64,000 bases of DNA from an uncultured Actinomycetota bacterium (GCA_963835085.1 CAWIED010000002.1:254603-318602); one strand, 5' to 3'; counted from the first letter of the stretch, positions 28,930-40,906 are shown. Translations and numbers: made by a program. Notes: generated by a model from the letters alone, not told the origin.

Positions 28930-31900
28930 CGAGTGATCACCGTGATGACGATGTTGTTCTCGGTGATGACCTGAACCGTGCCGCTGGTGTAGGACAGCCG
29001 AGGCTCTCCGTTCGGACCTTTGACCGGGCTTCCCTTCGTGCTACCTAGGACGTCCTCGATGTAGTTGGGCGAAATGCTCCGACCGGGGCCGGACGCTCCG
29101 GCAGGTGCGCCGAGCCCGCTCGGTTGCATGCGGTCGACGGCGTGTCTCGTGTACAGCCGATCCCCGACCTGGGCGTACTCGCGGCCCCCTTGGGTGATCT
29201 TGGGGTAGTTCTGCCAGGAGGTCCATGGAATCTTTCCAGCGCCGTTTGCGGCTTGGGTGGCTTTGGCTGCGGCGGTGGGTGCTTTGGTGAGGGCTCCCCC
29301 GGGGATGCAGAAGCTGAGGAGGAAGTTGTTGGCGTCGTTGAACTTGTCGACTTCGGCTTGGGTGGGGGCGACGTGGTAGCCCTGGGCATCGCATTGGTTG
29401 AGGGTGGCATTCGACATAGCGCAGGCGAAGCCGCCGCCGTCTCCGCCGGCGCAGTTGGCGCTGTTCTGCGCTACTTGTTGGCGGACGGACACGGTCTGGT
29501 TACTGGTCCTGGTGCGGTTATTGGCACTGGAGGACGTGTGCTGCGCCATCCACCCGTTGTTCTTGGCCTTCGTAACCGCCTTGCTGGTAGCCACGACCTT
29601 GTTCACGACAGCACGGCCAACTCTGGTACGGACGACCCGGGCCATGACAGCCGTACCCACCGCCCGACCGCCACTATTCACTGACTTGACCCCGGAGGCG
29701 AAGGCAGACCGGGTCGCGGCGAATCCAGCGCCGAAAGCCTTCTTCGTGGCCCGCCAGGCCTTGGAAACCTTGGACTTGCCCCAGTTCCAGGCTGCGCTGA
29801 AGGGGTTGGCGAACAGCCCGTCGGGGTCGGCTTGGTTGATCGGGTTGTTGTTCGCGTACGCGTACCCGTTCAACTGTTGCGGATCGCTGGGGTTCATGAT
29901 CGGGTCGATGGACAGGAACCGCCCGGTCAGGGGCTGGTACGCCCGGGCACCCAACTGGGTGTACCCGGTCGGGTCCAGGGTGCCCCCGACGAATCCCTTC
30001 GCCCCGACCCACATCCCGGCACTGTTCGTGCGAGGGGCACCGAACGGGTCCAACCGGCGAGCCGCGGTCAACGCCCCGGTACCGGCGTTCACCTCGAAAC
30101 TACCGGTGTTGTGCGGGTCCGTGACGACCACCGACAGGCCCGTACTGTCCCGGACCGCGACCTGGACACCACCGAACGTGTAGTACCTGGTCGAGGCCTT
30201 AACCCCAGTACCCGTCGTCAGATTGATCTCGGTATCACCCACATACAGGGTCGTGACCCCACTGCCCGGGTCCCGGCGCAGCAGCCGTTGCCCGTCCGCG
30301 TCATACACATACGACGACGCTCCGGGCCCGCTCACCGACACCAACCGGTTCTCCTGATCCCAGTCCAGGGTCTGCGTGCCCGCCGCACCGGTCTGGGTGG
30401 TCGTGTTCCCCGCCGCGTCATAGCCGGTGGTCTCGGTCCGTGACCCACCCGGACCCGTCTCCGCGACACTGACCAACTCGTGCGGGCCAGTACCCGCCCC
30501 CTGCCCCGAGGGGGCCTTGTACGTGTATGACCGCGTCGTGTCCCCGGCCCCGCCCACCCCGTGCCGAACCTCACCAACCCGGTTGCCCGTGCTGTCATAG
30601 GAATACGTCGACCAGTACGGGCCCGACCCGCCCAGCACCGACGCCGACGGAGTACTCGCGCAGTCTCCGCCCGTGGCCCCGGGTTGCGCCCATGCCTGGG
30701 TCAACCGTTGCAAATAGTCATAGCTGAAGCACTGCCGGTCACCACCCGCACCGGCCTTGGTATCGGTGATCGAGGTGATCGCCCCCGCCGGGTTATACCC
30801 ATACGTGATATCCGCATCCAAAGCCCCGGCCCCGGACTCACGCGCCACCACCGTGTTCACCAACCGGTTCGTGCCCGGCTCGTACGTCAGATCCACCGTC
30901 GTCAACTTCCCCGACGTGTTCCCCAGCACCGCCTGCACCGTGTTGCCATACACATCCGGCACCACCCCCGGCACGATCACCCCGTGATCCACCGTGTCCA
31001 ACGCAACCGGACGATCCAACGCGTCATACACCGGCGTCTGCACATCAGTCACCAACCCCGGAGCACTCGGCGGAGTATACCGGGCCACCTGCCCCGAGAC
31101 CGTGTACGACACCGACGACGTGTACGTGCCGGCCAACGCCCCCTCACCCGACGGGATCACCACACTCGTACCGGTCGGCAACCCCGCTGCCGAATACCCG
31201 GTCACCGACGACGTGTACTGATTTCCCCCGGCATACCGGGTCGACGAAGCCGCCAAACCCTTACCCCCCGGAACCGTGTCGAACGCCCACGACGCCAACA
31301 ACGTCCCAGCCGCACTGCCCGTACGCAACTGGGTCTGCCGACCCAAAGAGTCATACCCATGCCACAACACCTGACCACGCGGATCACTTGTCGTCACAAC
31401 CCGCCCCAGCGCGTCAAACGACGACGTCGAGGTCCCCCGATCCGGATCCGACGACGACACCCGCCGGCCATGCACGTCATAGGAGTTCGACCACACATTG
31501 CCCGCCGGATCAGTGATCGTGGCAACCTGCCCACCCGGGGTATACGTGTACCGAGTCTCGTCATACCCACTCGCACCCGTAGCACCCGTGTGCTGACGCA
31601 AGGCGGTCGTACGACCCAACGCATCAACCACCGTCGTCGTCACCGTGCCACCCGCCGGTGGAGTCACCGTCGTCGTATCTCCCGTATATGCGGTCGTCGT
31701 CGACCACTTCGGGACATTGTTCACCTTCAACATGTCCTCAGTGACCCTACCCAACCCGTCATAGGTAAACGCATGAATCGTCGGAACCAAACCCAACGAC
31801 GCCGGCGCCACCAATCCCACCCCCGGACTCCCCGTACTCGCGAACGGGCCCACCACCTGCGCAGACAAACCCCGAGTGTCGTAGTCCGTCGTCGTGACCA

Positions 31901-34900
31901 GACGACCACCACCCGCATCCGCAGAGACCGGAGTCTGAGTCTGCCGAGGCCGCAACAACCCGTCGAAAAGCTCCACGCTCGTGGCGTACGTGCCCTGTGA
32001 GACCAGGGTGTTCGTCGTGACCGCATTGGCCGCCGTCGCCGACACCGTGTACGCATACGACACCGACGGGGAGAGGTTCGTAGCCCGACCCGGGCCCCAC
32101 ACCTTCACCACGCGTCCCAACGCGTCATACCCCGCAGCAGCACTCCGCCCGTTCGGATCAACCGCCGCAATCGGACCCACCCCCGGGTCCATGGTCAACG
32201 TCCCGACCTGCCCCGCGGGGTTGGTCGTAGCAACCGACGTTGCGGGCACTGTTGCCGTCGGGGTGTATCCGGTGGTCGTGGTCTGCCCCAGAGCGTCGGC
32301 AACGGTTGTGGTCCGGCCCAATGCGTCGTAGCCGGTCGTGGTGGTCGTGGTGTAAGCCCACGCACCCCCCGCATAGGAATCCGCTTCGGTCTCCCGGGTG
32401 ACCTGACCCTTCGACGGCGCGGCGGTCAGCGACGTCGCACCGTCGTAGAACATTTGAGTCCCTGTAACCAGATCTTGCGGGAACACCGGGGTCACCCCAC
32501 ACGGCTTAGCCACCGCCATCGCCGTAGCCGGGGTGTCCATGATCCAGGAAGTCGTGTTCTGCGTGTACGTGGACGTCGTGCAAATGTCATCACCGGTCGT
32601 CGTGATGTCACCCTCGTCCCAGACCTGGATGTCACGGCCATAGCCGTCATAGCTCGTGCTCGAGCGGGTAGTGCGATACCCACTGCTGACCTTCGTCCGG
32701 GTTGTGGTCTGAGCCTCCTCGACCCGCACGGCGGTGGTGGCCGGGCTGGTAGAGGTGTCGGTTCCGGTGGGTGAGCTGATCCAGGGGCTGGTGATCTCCG
32801 ACTCCTGGACAGTGCCGGTGTCGCCGAGGTAGCTGATCGCCTCGCGGGGGAATCCCGCCAGGGGCGCATCGTCCGCCAGCGTGCCGCCTTGCGAATCGGT
32901 CACAGTGACCGACCGCGTTCCGGTCGGCAAATGGTCGCCATTCATGCCACGCATATACAGCGTCGACGACTTCAGCTTGGGGTCGGTGCCGCTGCCGATC
33001 CGCGTCTCGACCACCCCGTATCCACGCCAGTCACCCCAGGTGCGGTACTTGACCGGGGTCAGCACATTGTCGTCGTAGTGCCAGGCGGGATCACCTACAT
33101 ACGCGTAGGAGGTCGTCTTCGTCGGGGTCCCTGTAGTGGTGTCCGTCTCGGCCACAGCGGTCACGACGTACTTATGGAAGTAATTGATCTCCGGAGTGCT
33201 CGCTCCCGGCCGCAAGTAGAACACTGGAAAACAGCGTCGCGTATTCGATTCCGGGGCAGCGGGTTTGGAGGTCGGCGTGCAGTCCTGGGCGGAGTAGGTG
33301 ACGGCGGTCGTGGCACCCGTGCCAGAGGTGATGCCGCTGACCCGCCACCGCCGCAGCGGTGGCGCCTGGTCGCCAACCGCGTCGACCCGGTTGTCCATGG
33401 CCAATCCGGTGAAGGTGACCGGAGGCATAGTGATGGCCGGTGAGGTGGCCTTGCCGGTCCGGGTGATCGAGTCAAGCCACAACGACTTCGACGTCCCATC
33501 ACCCGGGTCGGCCATCGACTGTGCGAAAGCGAACGAGTCCAGCGGCCGGTCTGCACCGGCCGCAGTCACGGTGCGCGTGTCGATCCCGGTCAATCGGCGG
33601 CGAGTGAAGAAGGTAGGTGAATACTTGCCGGAACACGTTGCCGCGGAACAAATCTGGTCAAACGGCACGTCCGGCCAGTTCGCGGCGTTGGCTGCGGTGA
33701 GCAGCGACGGATCTCATGTGAACGACCCTGTCGGGATGCATCGTTCGGCTGTAGCGAAGGTGACCTGGTAGGGCGCCTTCCCAGTCCAGACTCCGTCTCG
33801 AGTGCCGTACTCGACCCGGTTCAGCACGGCGCCTCGGTCGTAGGGCGTGATCTGCGTGGTGCCGAATCCCGTGCCGGTATTAGCGGTCGAGCCCATGTTC
33901 CGGTTGTAGTAGTTCGTCTCCTTGTCGTAGAAGAGCGACATGGCATTACCGTTGACGTCGACCACGTACGCCAGATTCCATCGGTAAGCCTGTTGGCACC
34001 ACGCGGTGGAAAACGTTGCGGCGTAGCACTGTTCGCCAGGGTGGTTGCCGTAGACCGGGGCTGTCTGGGTCGAGTTCAGGGTGGCCGTGTCACCAGCACC
34101 CCGGCTTTGGCGCCCGAAGTAGTACTTCGTGCCGTCGTCGGTCGTGACCAGCCAGTACTCGCCGTTGTTGTCGCCGTTGCTCTCCCCGGTCAGAAGTTGC
34201 ACCCGAGTGTTGTCGTCGTCCTTGGGGATCCACGCCCCGGTGGCAGTGTCATGCACCAGGTCAGTGCTGTGACCGGCCAACGACATCGTCACCGAGTCCG
34301 GGCCCCAGCAGAGGTCGCCGGTCTTGCGGTTCGCGTTGTTCGCAGCCTGCCCATTCTGCGCTGCCATGTCGTCGGCACACGAGACGTACCGGCGCTCGAC
34401 AAATCCCAGGTTCAGATCGAAGCCATCACCCACCCAGGAAGCCTGGTTATTGGTCGAGGCGGTACGCCCGTCCAGGCTGGCCGAGGAATACGACACGGTG
34501 ACTTCCGGGCTCGGACCGGCACCGGTGTCGGGGACGTCGATCGGATACTGCCAGGAGAAACCGCCAGTGCCCGATCCGGCGCTCCACGCCGCGGACGGAG
34601 ACAACGACGTCGCGGTGAACGAACCGGCGGCACCCGAGGCGTCAGCGGTCAGCGCCAGCGCCACCATCCCGGATGAGAGTTTGCTCGCCGTCGCAGCCGG
34701 CAGCACACCTGAGACGGTCGACCCGTCGGATGTGCTCCCCTGCAAGGGTTCCGCGGTCACCGCGCACCCGGCCTCCGGGGAGGCCACGTCGCAGTCAGGC
34801 ACCTCCACCAGTCGAGCGCGAGAGACCCAGTCGCCGCCGATGGCGTCTGCGAACTGAGACACGTCGACCGAGATCGTCACCGGACCCTTGGCGGATTGAC

Positions 34901-35429
34901 TGGTTGCGCTGTCGTCATCCTGCATTCCGAACACCACGCCGGTGACACCCGCACGCTGACTGGCGGCCCGATCGAGCACCGAGACCCGCATGTCGCGGGA
35001 CGTGCCACGAACACCAACGCCGAGGCCGGCCACGGTGCCGCGCCCGCCAGCACTGATCTTGCCGCTACCGCGTACAGGCCAGGTCACCCGAGACCGGCCG
35101 TGCCCGGGTCGAGTGCCTACTTGGACGGGGGTGCCGGTCACCGGCACGGAACGCACCCGTGGGGTCTGGGCAGGTCGTTTGGGAAGTCCGGGCGAGGCCA
35201 TGAGCTCTGCCGGGCTCGCCCACGGTGCCGCCGCCCACGCGACTTCACCGGACAGCATGGAGATAACCAATGCCAACATCACGACCACACTGACCCGAAG
35301 ACGGATCGGGTTGGCCGGCTCCCATCGGCTACCGGTCATCGCTGTCCCCCAATGTGTTCCACTGCTCTGAGTGCGCCGGATCTGTATTCCGGGGCCTTTG
35401 CCTGGCTTGTGCTGCTCCGGTCGGTTCAT
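28926..35429 (-). CDS. Large secreted SpvB/TcB-like + RHS-repeat polymorphic toxin with one in-frame TGA (33714-33716)
   Basis: Hydrophobic leader; SGTGGFSWQYPI..YSS..DGRT..NNQASWVGDG; many YD repeats; core end LNGYAYANNNPINQADPDG; tip YTRHAVDRM..VITV (BECR-RNase-like). ORFs 33714-35429 and 28926-33668 share one frame. Start may be 35339. Confidence 0.9.
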
Positions 35430-36230
35430 GACGCGAACCGGGTAGGTGCACGAAACGACTGGGTGGTGGTCCCGGTCCAGACGTTCAGGTCATCAATCAC
35501 CCCGGCGTAGGTGCGACCCAGCTGCAGACCACCGGTTGAGGCCACCGCCGTGGCCGAGGGCACGTCAGCGGAGGCGCTCACGAAGGCAGGAGTCAGCTCC
35601 GGAGAGCGCGGGCTCGTCCACAGCCACACCTTGCCCGCTGTGGTGGGGGTCGGTGGTTGGTAGGACGCCACGATCCAGTCCCAGGTACCCGGGTCGGTAC
35701 TGGCCTCGATGGCGGAGTCCACGCTCGTTGATCCCGCGCTGGTAGTTACCGTGAACCGATACGTGCGTACCCCGGCAACCGTGACCGCGTCAACTGTGAA
35801 CGCATCCCCCCCGGTGCGGGTTTGGGACAGCACGGTGCCCGTGCCGGTGCCGCCCTGAAGCTTGAACGCCATCGACAGGCCATTGGCGGTGGTGGTGTCG
35901 GCAACAGGGCTGGCGGTCGTGAACCCCGGCTGTCCGGTCAGGGCCAGCGCCCCGTCGTCACCGCCGCCGTTGCCTGCCACCGTGCCGATCCGGGAAGGCA
36001 CGCTGATTACCGGCATGGTGGGTGTGTTCCAGGCGACCGGGGTTGCGGTCGGCCCGGTTCGCTCCTCGAACGGCCAGCGCGCCATCAACGCCGTGTCCTT
36101 GCCGATCGGGTTGACCGACACCGGTAGCGACTGATCGGAGTTGCTCGTGCGGCCGCGGGCCACCGCCGTGAACGTCACCGGAGTCGTGCCGATCGGGTCG
36201 TACACGATCGTGCCGGAACCCGCCACCCTT
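35426..36230 (-). pseudogene. 5'-truncated LamG/ConA-like domain protein (RHS partner gene)
   Basis: ARWPFEE..G, GTVLSQ, WDWIVASY, LQLGR..YAGVIDDLNVW; stop overlaps RHS ATG; 5' end replaced by helicase sequence. Confidence 0.7.
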
Positions 36231-36234
36231 CCGA

Positions 36235-37205
36235 CGCCTGGCACTGCTCTCCGCGACCATGACCGTTGAGACCCCTGGCGCCGATCCCTGGGCCTACATC
36301 CGCGCACGCCTGGGCCTGGCGGATGCCGAGGTGATCCGTCTGGACGGACCATTCGATTACCGCACGCAGGCCAGGCTGTTCGCCCTGGCCGATTTCCCGT
36401 CCTGGGCGGAACAACCCAAGCAAGCGATGCGCACCGTCGCGCACCAGCTCGCTGGCTACACGCGCGAGGTCACCCAGCGGCTGGAACCAAGCCCCCTGGC
36501 AGACGCAGGCGCAGACGCGTGTGAGGAACCGCCATGGATGCGCGGCGCGATGGTCCTCACCACCAGCCGCAACGCCGCCGCCGGCATCGCCGACGAGCTG
36601 GGTCTGTTGCACGCTGCAGAAGGCCGTACCGTGCCGGTACACAACCAGGTGACCCTCGGAACCTCGCGCGCCGTTGCCGAGTTCACCGGGACCGCCAGTC
36701 ATCAGGGGGGAGTCCTGGTCGGTACCCGTGGGCTGTGGACCGGTGTCGACGTCAGCGAACCAAGTCGAAACCACCTGGTGTGGATCAACAAGCTACCGTT
36801 CCCCGTATTCACCGATCCAGTGATCGCAGCTCGACGCGAAAGCGTCCGCAGGGCAGCGGAACGCCGCGGCGACGACGACCCGGACTTGAGGGCCAACGCC
36901 ACCTATTACCTTCCACTGGCCGCGCTCGACCTGCGCCAGGCCGTCGGCCGCCTGATCCGCAACCACTCCAGCCGCGGCGTGATTATCGTCAGCGACCGCA
37001 AGCTTGCCGGAGACCTCCCGCTTCGCCGGCTGTACCGACAGATCTTCCTCGGCAGCCTCGACCGCGGGCTTCTCCATAATGACCTCGATACCGGCGAGAT
37101 CGCAGGTGGCAACGTCGTCACCATGCGCGACGCTTGGGCGCAGATCTGGCCGTTCCTGGCGGAGGTAGGCGCCCTGCCGGCAGACCGCCTCGGGCCGCTG
37201 ACTGA
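36235..37205 (+). pseudogene. DinG-family helicase C-terminal fragment, interrupted by IS1634
   Basis: LLSAT motif III, GTRGLWTGVDV, INKLPFP, LRQAVGRLIR..RGVIIVSDR; resumes at 40598 (LGPLTDATSLEEHTMLP). Confidence 0.8.
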
Positions 37206-37489
37206 CCTGAGTCGTGCCGGTTTAGTGTGTCGGCCAGGTGGTGCTGGTCGCGGCGATGATTTCGACGGCTTGGTCGGTGAGGCGGTCGGCTGCTAGGAGT
37301 TCTTGGCCGCCGATGTGGACGCGGACTTCTTGTATTGGTCGCAGGGTTCTACGATCTGGCGGATGCTCAGCCCGGTCGCGTCTTGCAGGTAACGGCTGAC
37401 GGCCAAGGCGGCGAACACGATCGTCAGGTGAGCCTCGATCGAGTCACGCACGTGAGGAAACATCGGCCGAGCAGCCAGGTCGGTCTTAG

Positions 37490-39187
37490 CCTCGATCCAC
37501 CGATCGGGTTTGGTGTGTTGAGTGTGCCGTAACAGCGAAGATGCCCTCTGGGCTGGGAGTTTGGGACTTGCGAGGTTCCAAAGGACTCATCCAAGGAGGG
37601 CATCTTCAAGATGCGACTCTCTCATACTCTGGCTCGGACGTCGGTGGCGTTCGATGAGCCGAATCTCGTGTCGTCGGCCGGACTGGTTCCAGTGCTGGCG
37701 TTGGCGGATGCTGCTGGGCTGCGGGAGCTGGCTGATGAGCATCTCTCGGTTCCCACGGACAAGGGTGCGAACGCCGGGTTGAAGGTCGCTTCGCTGGTCG
37801 GCGGGATGGTCGCGGGCGCGGACTCGATTGATGACATGGCCGTGGTGCGGCACGGTGGGATGGGCCGGGTCTTTGCCCGGGTTTATGCGCCCTCGACGCT
37901 GGGGTCGTTCCTGCGGGCGTTCACGTTCGGTCATGTCCGTCAGCTCGATGCGATCGCCTCTCGGTTCCTGATCGCGTTGGCCGGGCTCACCGGCCTGCTG
38001 GGTATCGGGACTCCCCGGGTCGGGGACGACGACGAGGCGGGGTACGCGTTGCTGGATGTCGATGACACGATCATCGAGGTCCACGGCCACGCCAAGCAGG
38101 GCGCCGGGTTCGGCTACTCCAAGGTGCGGGGGCTCAACGCGCTACTGGCCACGCTCACGACCGCGACGGCGGCACCGGTGATCGTGGCTCAACGGCTCCG
38201 CAAAGGTGCGTGTGGGTCGCCGCGTGGCGCCAAGCGGCTGGTCGCCGACGCGGTCAGGACCAGCCGACGACTACTCGGCACAGCTCGACTGGTGCTGGTG
38301 CGGATGGACTCCGCGTTCTACGGCCGCGGGCCCGTGCACGCAGCCCTGGCCGGTGGCGCCGCGGTCTCGGTCACCGCACGGATGACCACCACGATCAAGA
38401 AGGCGATCACCACCATCGACCAGGACGCATGGACGCCGATCGAGTACACCGACGCCATCTTCGAGGAGGAGACACAGACGTGGATCTCCCGTGCCGACGT
38501 CGCCGAGATCGACTTCACGGCCTTCGCCTCGGCCAGGAAGTCCGAGCAGGTTCCCGGCCGGCTGGTCGTGCGCCGGATCCCCGACGTCCACGCCAAGACC
38601 AAGCGCGCCGCCGGGCAAGACACCCTGTTCGACCTGTGGCGGTTCCACGCCTTCTTCACCACCGCCGACCCCGCGATCCTCGACACCGTGGCAGCGGACA
38701 AGACCCACCGCCACCACGCCGTCATCGAGCAGGTCCACGCCGACCTGAAGAACTCCGCCCTGGCACACCTGCCCTCCGGGGTGTTCACCGCCAACGCCGC
38801 CTGGCTGGTGCTCGCCGTCATCGCGTTCAACCTCACCCGAGCGGCAGGCACCCTCGCCGCACCCGACCTGGCACGAGCGAGCACCGCGACCATCCGCCGC
38901 ACACTGATCACCGTGCCCGCACGAATAGCGTCCTCCGCCCGCCGGATCACCCTGCACCTACCCACGTCCTGGCCCTGGCAGACCCCCTGGACCGCGCTGT
39001 TCGACCGGGTCAACGACCCGCCTCCCATGCTCCCGGCCTGACCACCCAGCAGGGACCCCCTGCGCGACCCGAAGACCACGTGGAACACCCCGGACAGCAA
39101 GGTCCGACGAATACGCACGCCCTCGACCACTCACGCCCAGCCAAACGGAATCACCCGCTCAACACCATGCCCATCGGTGGATCGAGG
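37490..39187 (+). mobile_element. IS1380 family insertion sequence
   Basis: IRs CCTCGATCCACCGAT / ATCGGTGGATCGAGG; CTTAG duplicated at 37485-37489 and 39188-39192. Confidence 0.93.
37611..39041 (+). CDS. IS1380 transposase, intact
   Basis: SSAGLVP, APSTLGSFLR, DVDDT, RMDSAFY, IEQVHADLK, FTANAAWL. Confidence 0.93.
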   Translation: MRLSHTLARTSVAFDEPNLVSSAGLVPVLALADAAGLRELADEHLSVPTDKGANAGLKVASLVGGMVAGADSIDDMAVVRHGGMGRVFARVYAPSTLGSFLRAFTFGHVRQLDAIASRFLIALAGLTGLLGIGTPRVGDDDEAGYALLDVDDTIIEVHGHAKQGAGFGYSKVRGLNALLATLTTATAAPVIVAQRLRKGACGSPRGAKRLVADAVRTSRRLLGTARLVLVRMDSAFYGRGPVHAALAGGAAVSVTARMTTTIKKAITTIDQDAWTPIEYTDAIFEEETQTWISRADVAEIDFTAFASARKSEQVPGRLVVRRIPDVHAKTKRAAGQDTLFDLWRFHAFFTTADPAILDTVAADKTHRHHAVIEQVHADLKNSALAHLPSGVFTANAAWLVLAVIAFNLTRAAGTLAAPDLARASTATIRRTLITVPARIASSARRITLHLPTSWPWQTPWTALFDRVNDPPPMLPA

Positions 39188-40685
39188 CTTAGACATCCGA
39201 AACGACTGCTCGACATGCCACAGGTCGTGATACGAGGTGATGACCTCGGCCGCGGGCATCAGGTCGGCGGGCAGGTTTGTGACGTACCCCTTCAACCCGA
39301 CCAGCCGATAGGCGCGGGCCAGGGACGCCTCGTCCAGGACCCGACCGTCCTTACTGGCCTTGACGAATCTGGTGGCGTGCGCGGCCTTGTCGCCCGGCGA
39401 CGATCGCCCTGGCCTTGTCCTCCTGCAAACCCAGGGTTTTGCGGTCACGGACGGCTCGTTTGTGCGAGTACGCCCACACCGCCCGCCACGACAAATCATG
39501 CTGGGCCGGGTCCCACACCGGCTCGGCCTTCAGGTTCGTGTCGTTGTCCTGACGGGCAGCGACGGTCCTCACGCGTGGGGTGATGGTGTCGATGACCTGC
39601 CCGCCGGTGAACGCGTCCCCGTGCCAGCGAAAGTGTGACTCCACGTCGATCGGTGCCTTGGTGGACCGGGAGCCGACGATGAACCGCAACCCCGCCCCAT
39701 CGAGGGCCTTCAGGTTGGCCGCGGACAGCATGCCCGCGTCGGCGACCACGACTAGGTCGGCCAGACTGTGGCGTTCGATGAACTGTTCCACGATCGGCAC
39801 GATGGTGAGCTTCTCTGCCTTGTTTCCCTCGAAACACCCTATCTCTAAAGGGAATCCGTTCCGGTCGACCAACAACCCGACCACGACTTGCGGATCGACG
39901 CAGCGTTCCTTGGAGAACCCGACCTTGCGCAGCGCGTCTTCGTGTTCGGCCTCGAAATACCACGTCGTCACGTCGTACAGGCACAACGAGATATCCCCGG
40001 CCGCGGTCACGTGCTCGAAGCAGCAGGTCGCGACCTGGGATCGGTAATCACGCTCCTGCGCTCGCTTCAAGGACCAGAACACGGTGCGTAGCAAGGCATG
40101 CTCGACGCCGAGCCCGTCCAGCACCCGCAGCGAGTCGGCCTTGGACGTCGGCTCCACGACCCGGGCCAGCACCAACTGCGCGAACGCCTCATCACCGATG
40201 GCGTCGAACCCGAGCCGGGCGTAGGCGTCGGTCAACACCCGCCACAGCAGCATGCTGGCCTTACCAGCGATCACCGCGTGCCCAGCCGGCACCCAGGCCG
40301 AGGACAGGTCGAGCTCGCCCTGACCAGGGAAGACTCTGCGGCGAGCAGCCTCCACCAACGCCGCCAACTCGGCGTCCGTATGCGCAGACCCCAGATGTTC
40401 CAGCACACGATCCCGACCAGCCCGCCGCTCGGCGATCTGCACCGCCGTCGCCCCCGAAGCGGTCTTGACCTTCCGCACGAACACCACGGGCCGACCCTAC
40501 CGAGCCGATTTGTGTGTCAATCCGCCCGAACCCACCTCGCTGACCAACACAAACGCGAACCAAACCCGGAAAGCACGCTCAAGTGGCACGAGTCAGGACC
40601 GCCTCGGGCCGCTGACTGACGCCACATCGCTTGAAGAACACACGATGCTCCCCGACCTTGGCGATCCGCCGGCTGGAGAAACGCG

Positions 40686-40906
40686 GAGACGACCACCCAG
40701 ATCTACCTCCACGCCGACCTCGACCTCAAGGAGAAGGCGCTGTCCCGGACCCGGCCCCCAAACGCGAGGATCGGCCGCTATCGCCCCATCCGACAACCCG
40801 CTGGCCTGGCTCGAAGCCCTCTGATCATGCCGAGCTCGCAGACACCACACCCCGCACTTCAAGGGATCCGCCGACCACATCGGCATAATCCCAAGATCGA
40901 CATAAT
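40686..40906 (+). mobile_element. Relic 3' end of a RIT-type tyrosine recombinase element
   Basis: TTQIYLHADLDLKEKALSRT..GRYRP(frameshift)SDNPLAWLEAL*, then CGGCATAATCCCAAGATCGACATAA. Confidence 0.6.

Larger units (their letters stand above)
37206..40597 (-). mobile_element. IS1634 family (IS1549-like) element carrying a nested IS1380
   Basis: Ends CCTGAGTCGTGCC / GGCACGAGTCAGG; 22-bp direct repeat; transposase MVFVRKVKTASGATAVQIA..YDVTT..VADAGM..WHVEQSFRMSK|TDLAARP; frameshift near 39394. Confidence 0.9.

Noticed and set aside
30500-32300. Strong C/A versus G/T strand skew with long antisense ORFs
   Set aside because: Explained by Gly/Val/Thr-rich YD-repeat codon usage of the minus-strand RHS gene.
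33680-33716. Selenocysteine recoding of the RHS TGA
   Set aside because: The downstream hairpin is short, its loop is only ~13 nt from the UGA and lacks the usual apical G; no sel genes in the window. Kept only as a minor alternative.
36235-37205. DinG as part of a type IV CRISPR system
   Set aside because: No csf/cas genes or array; the gene is a fragment.
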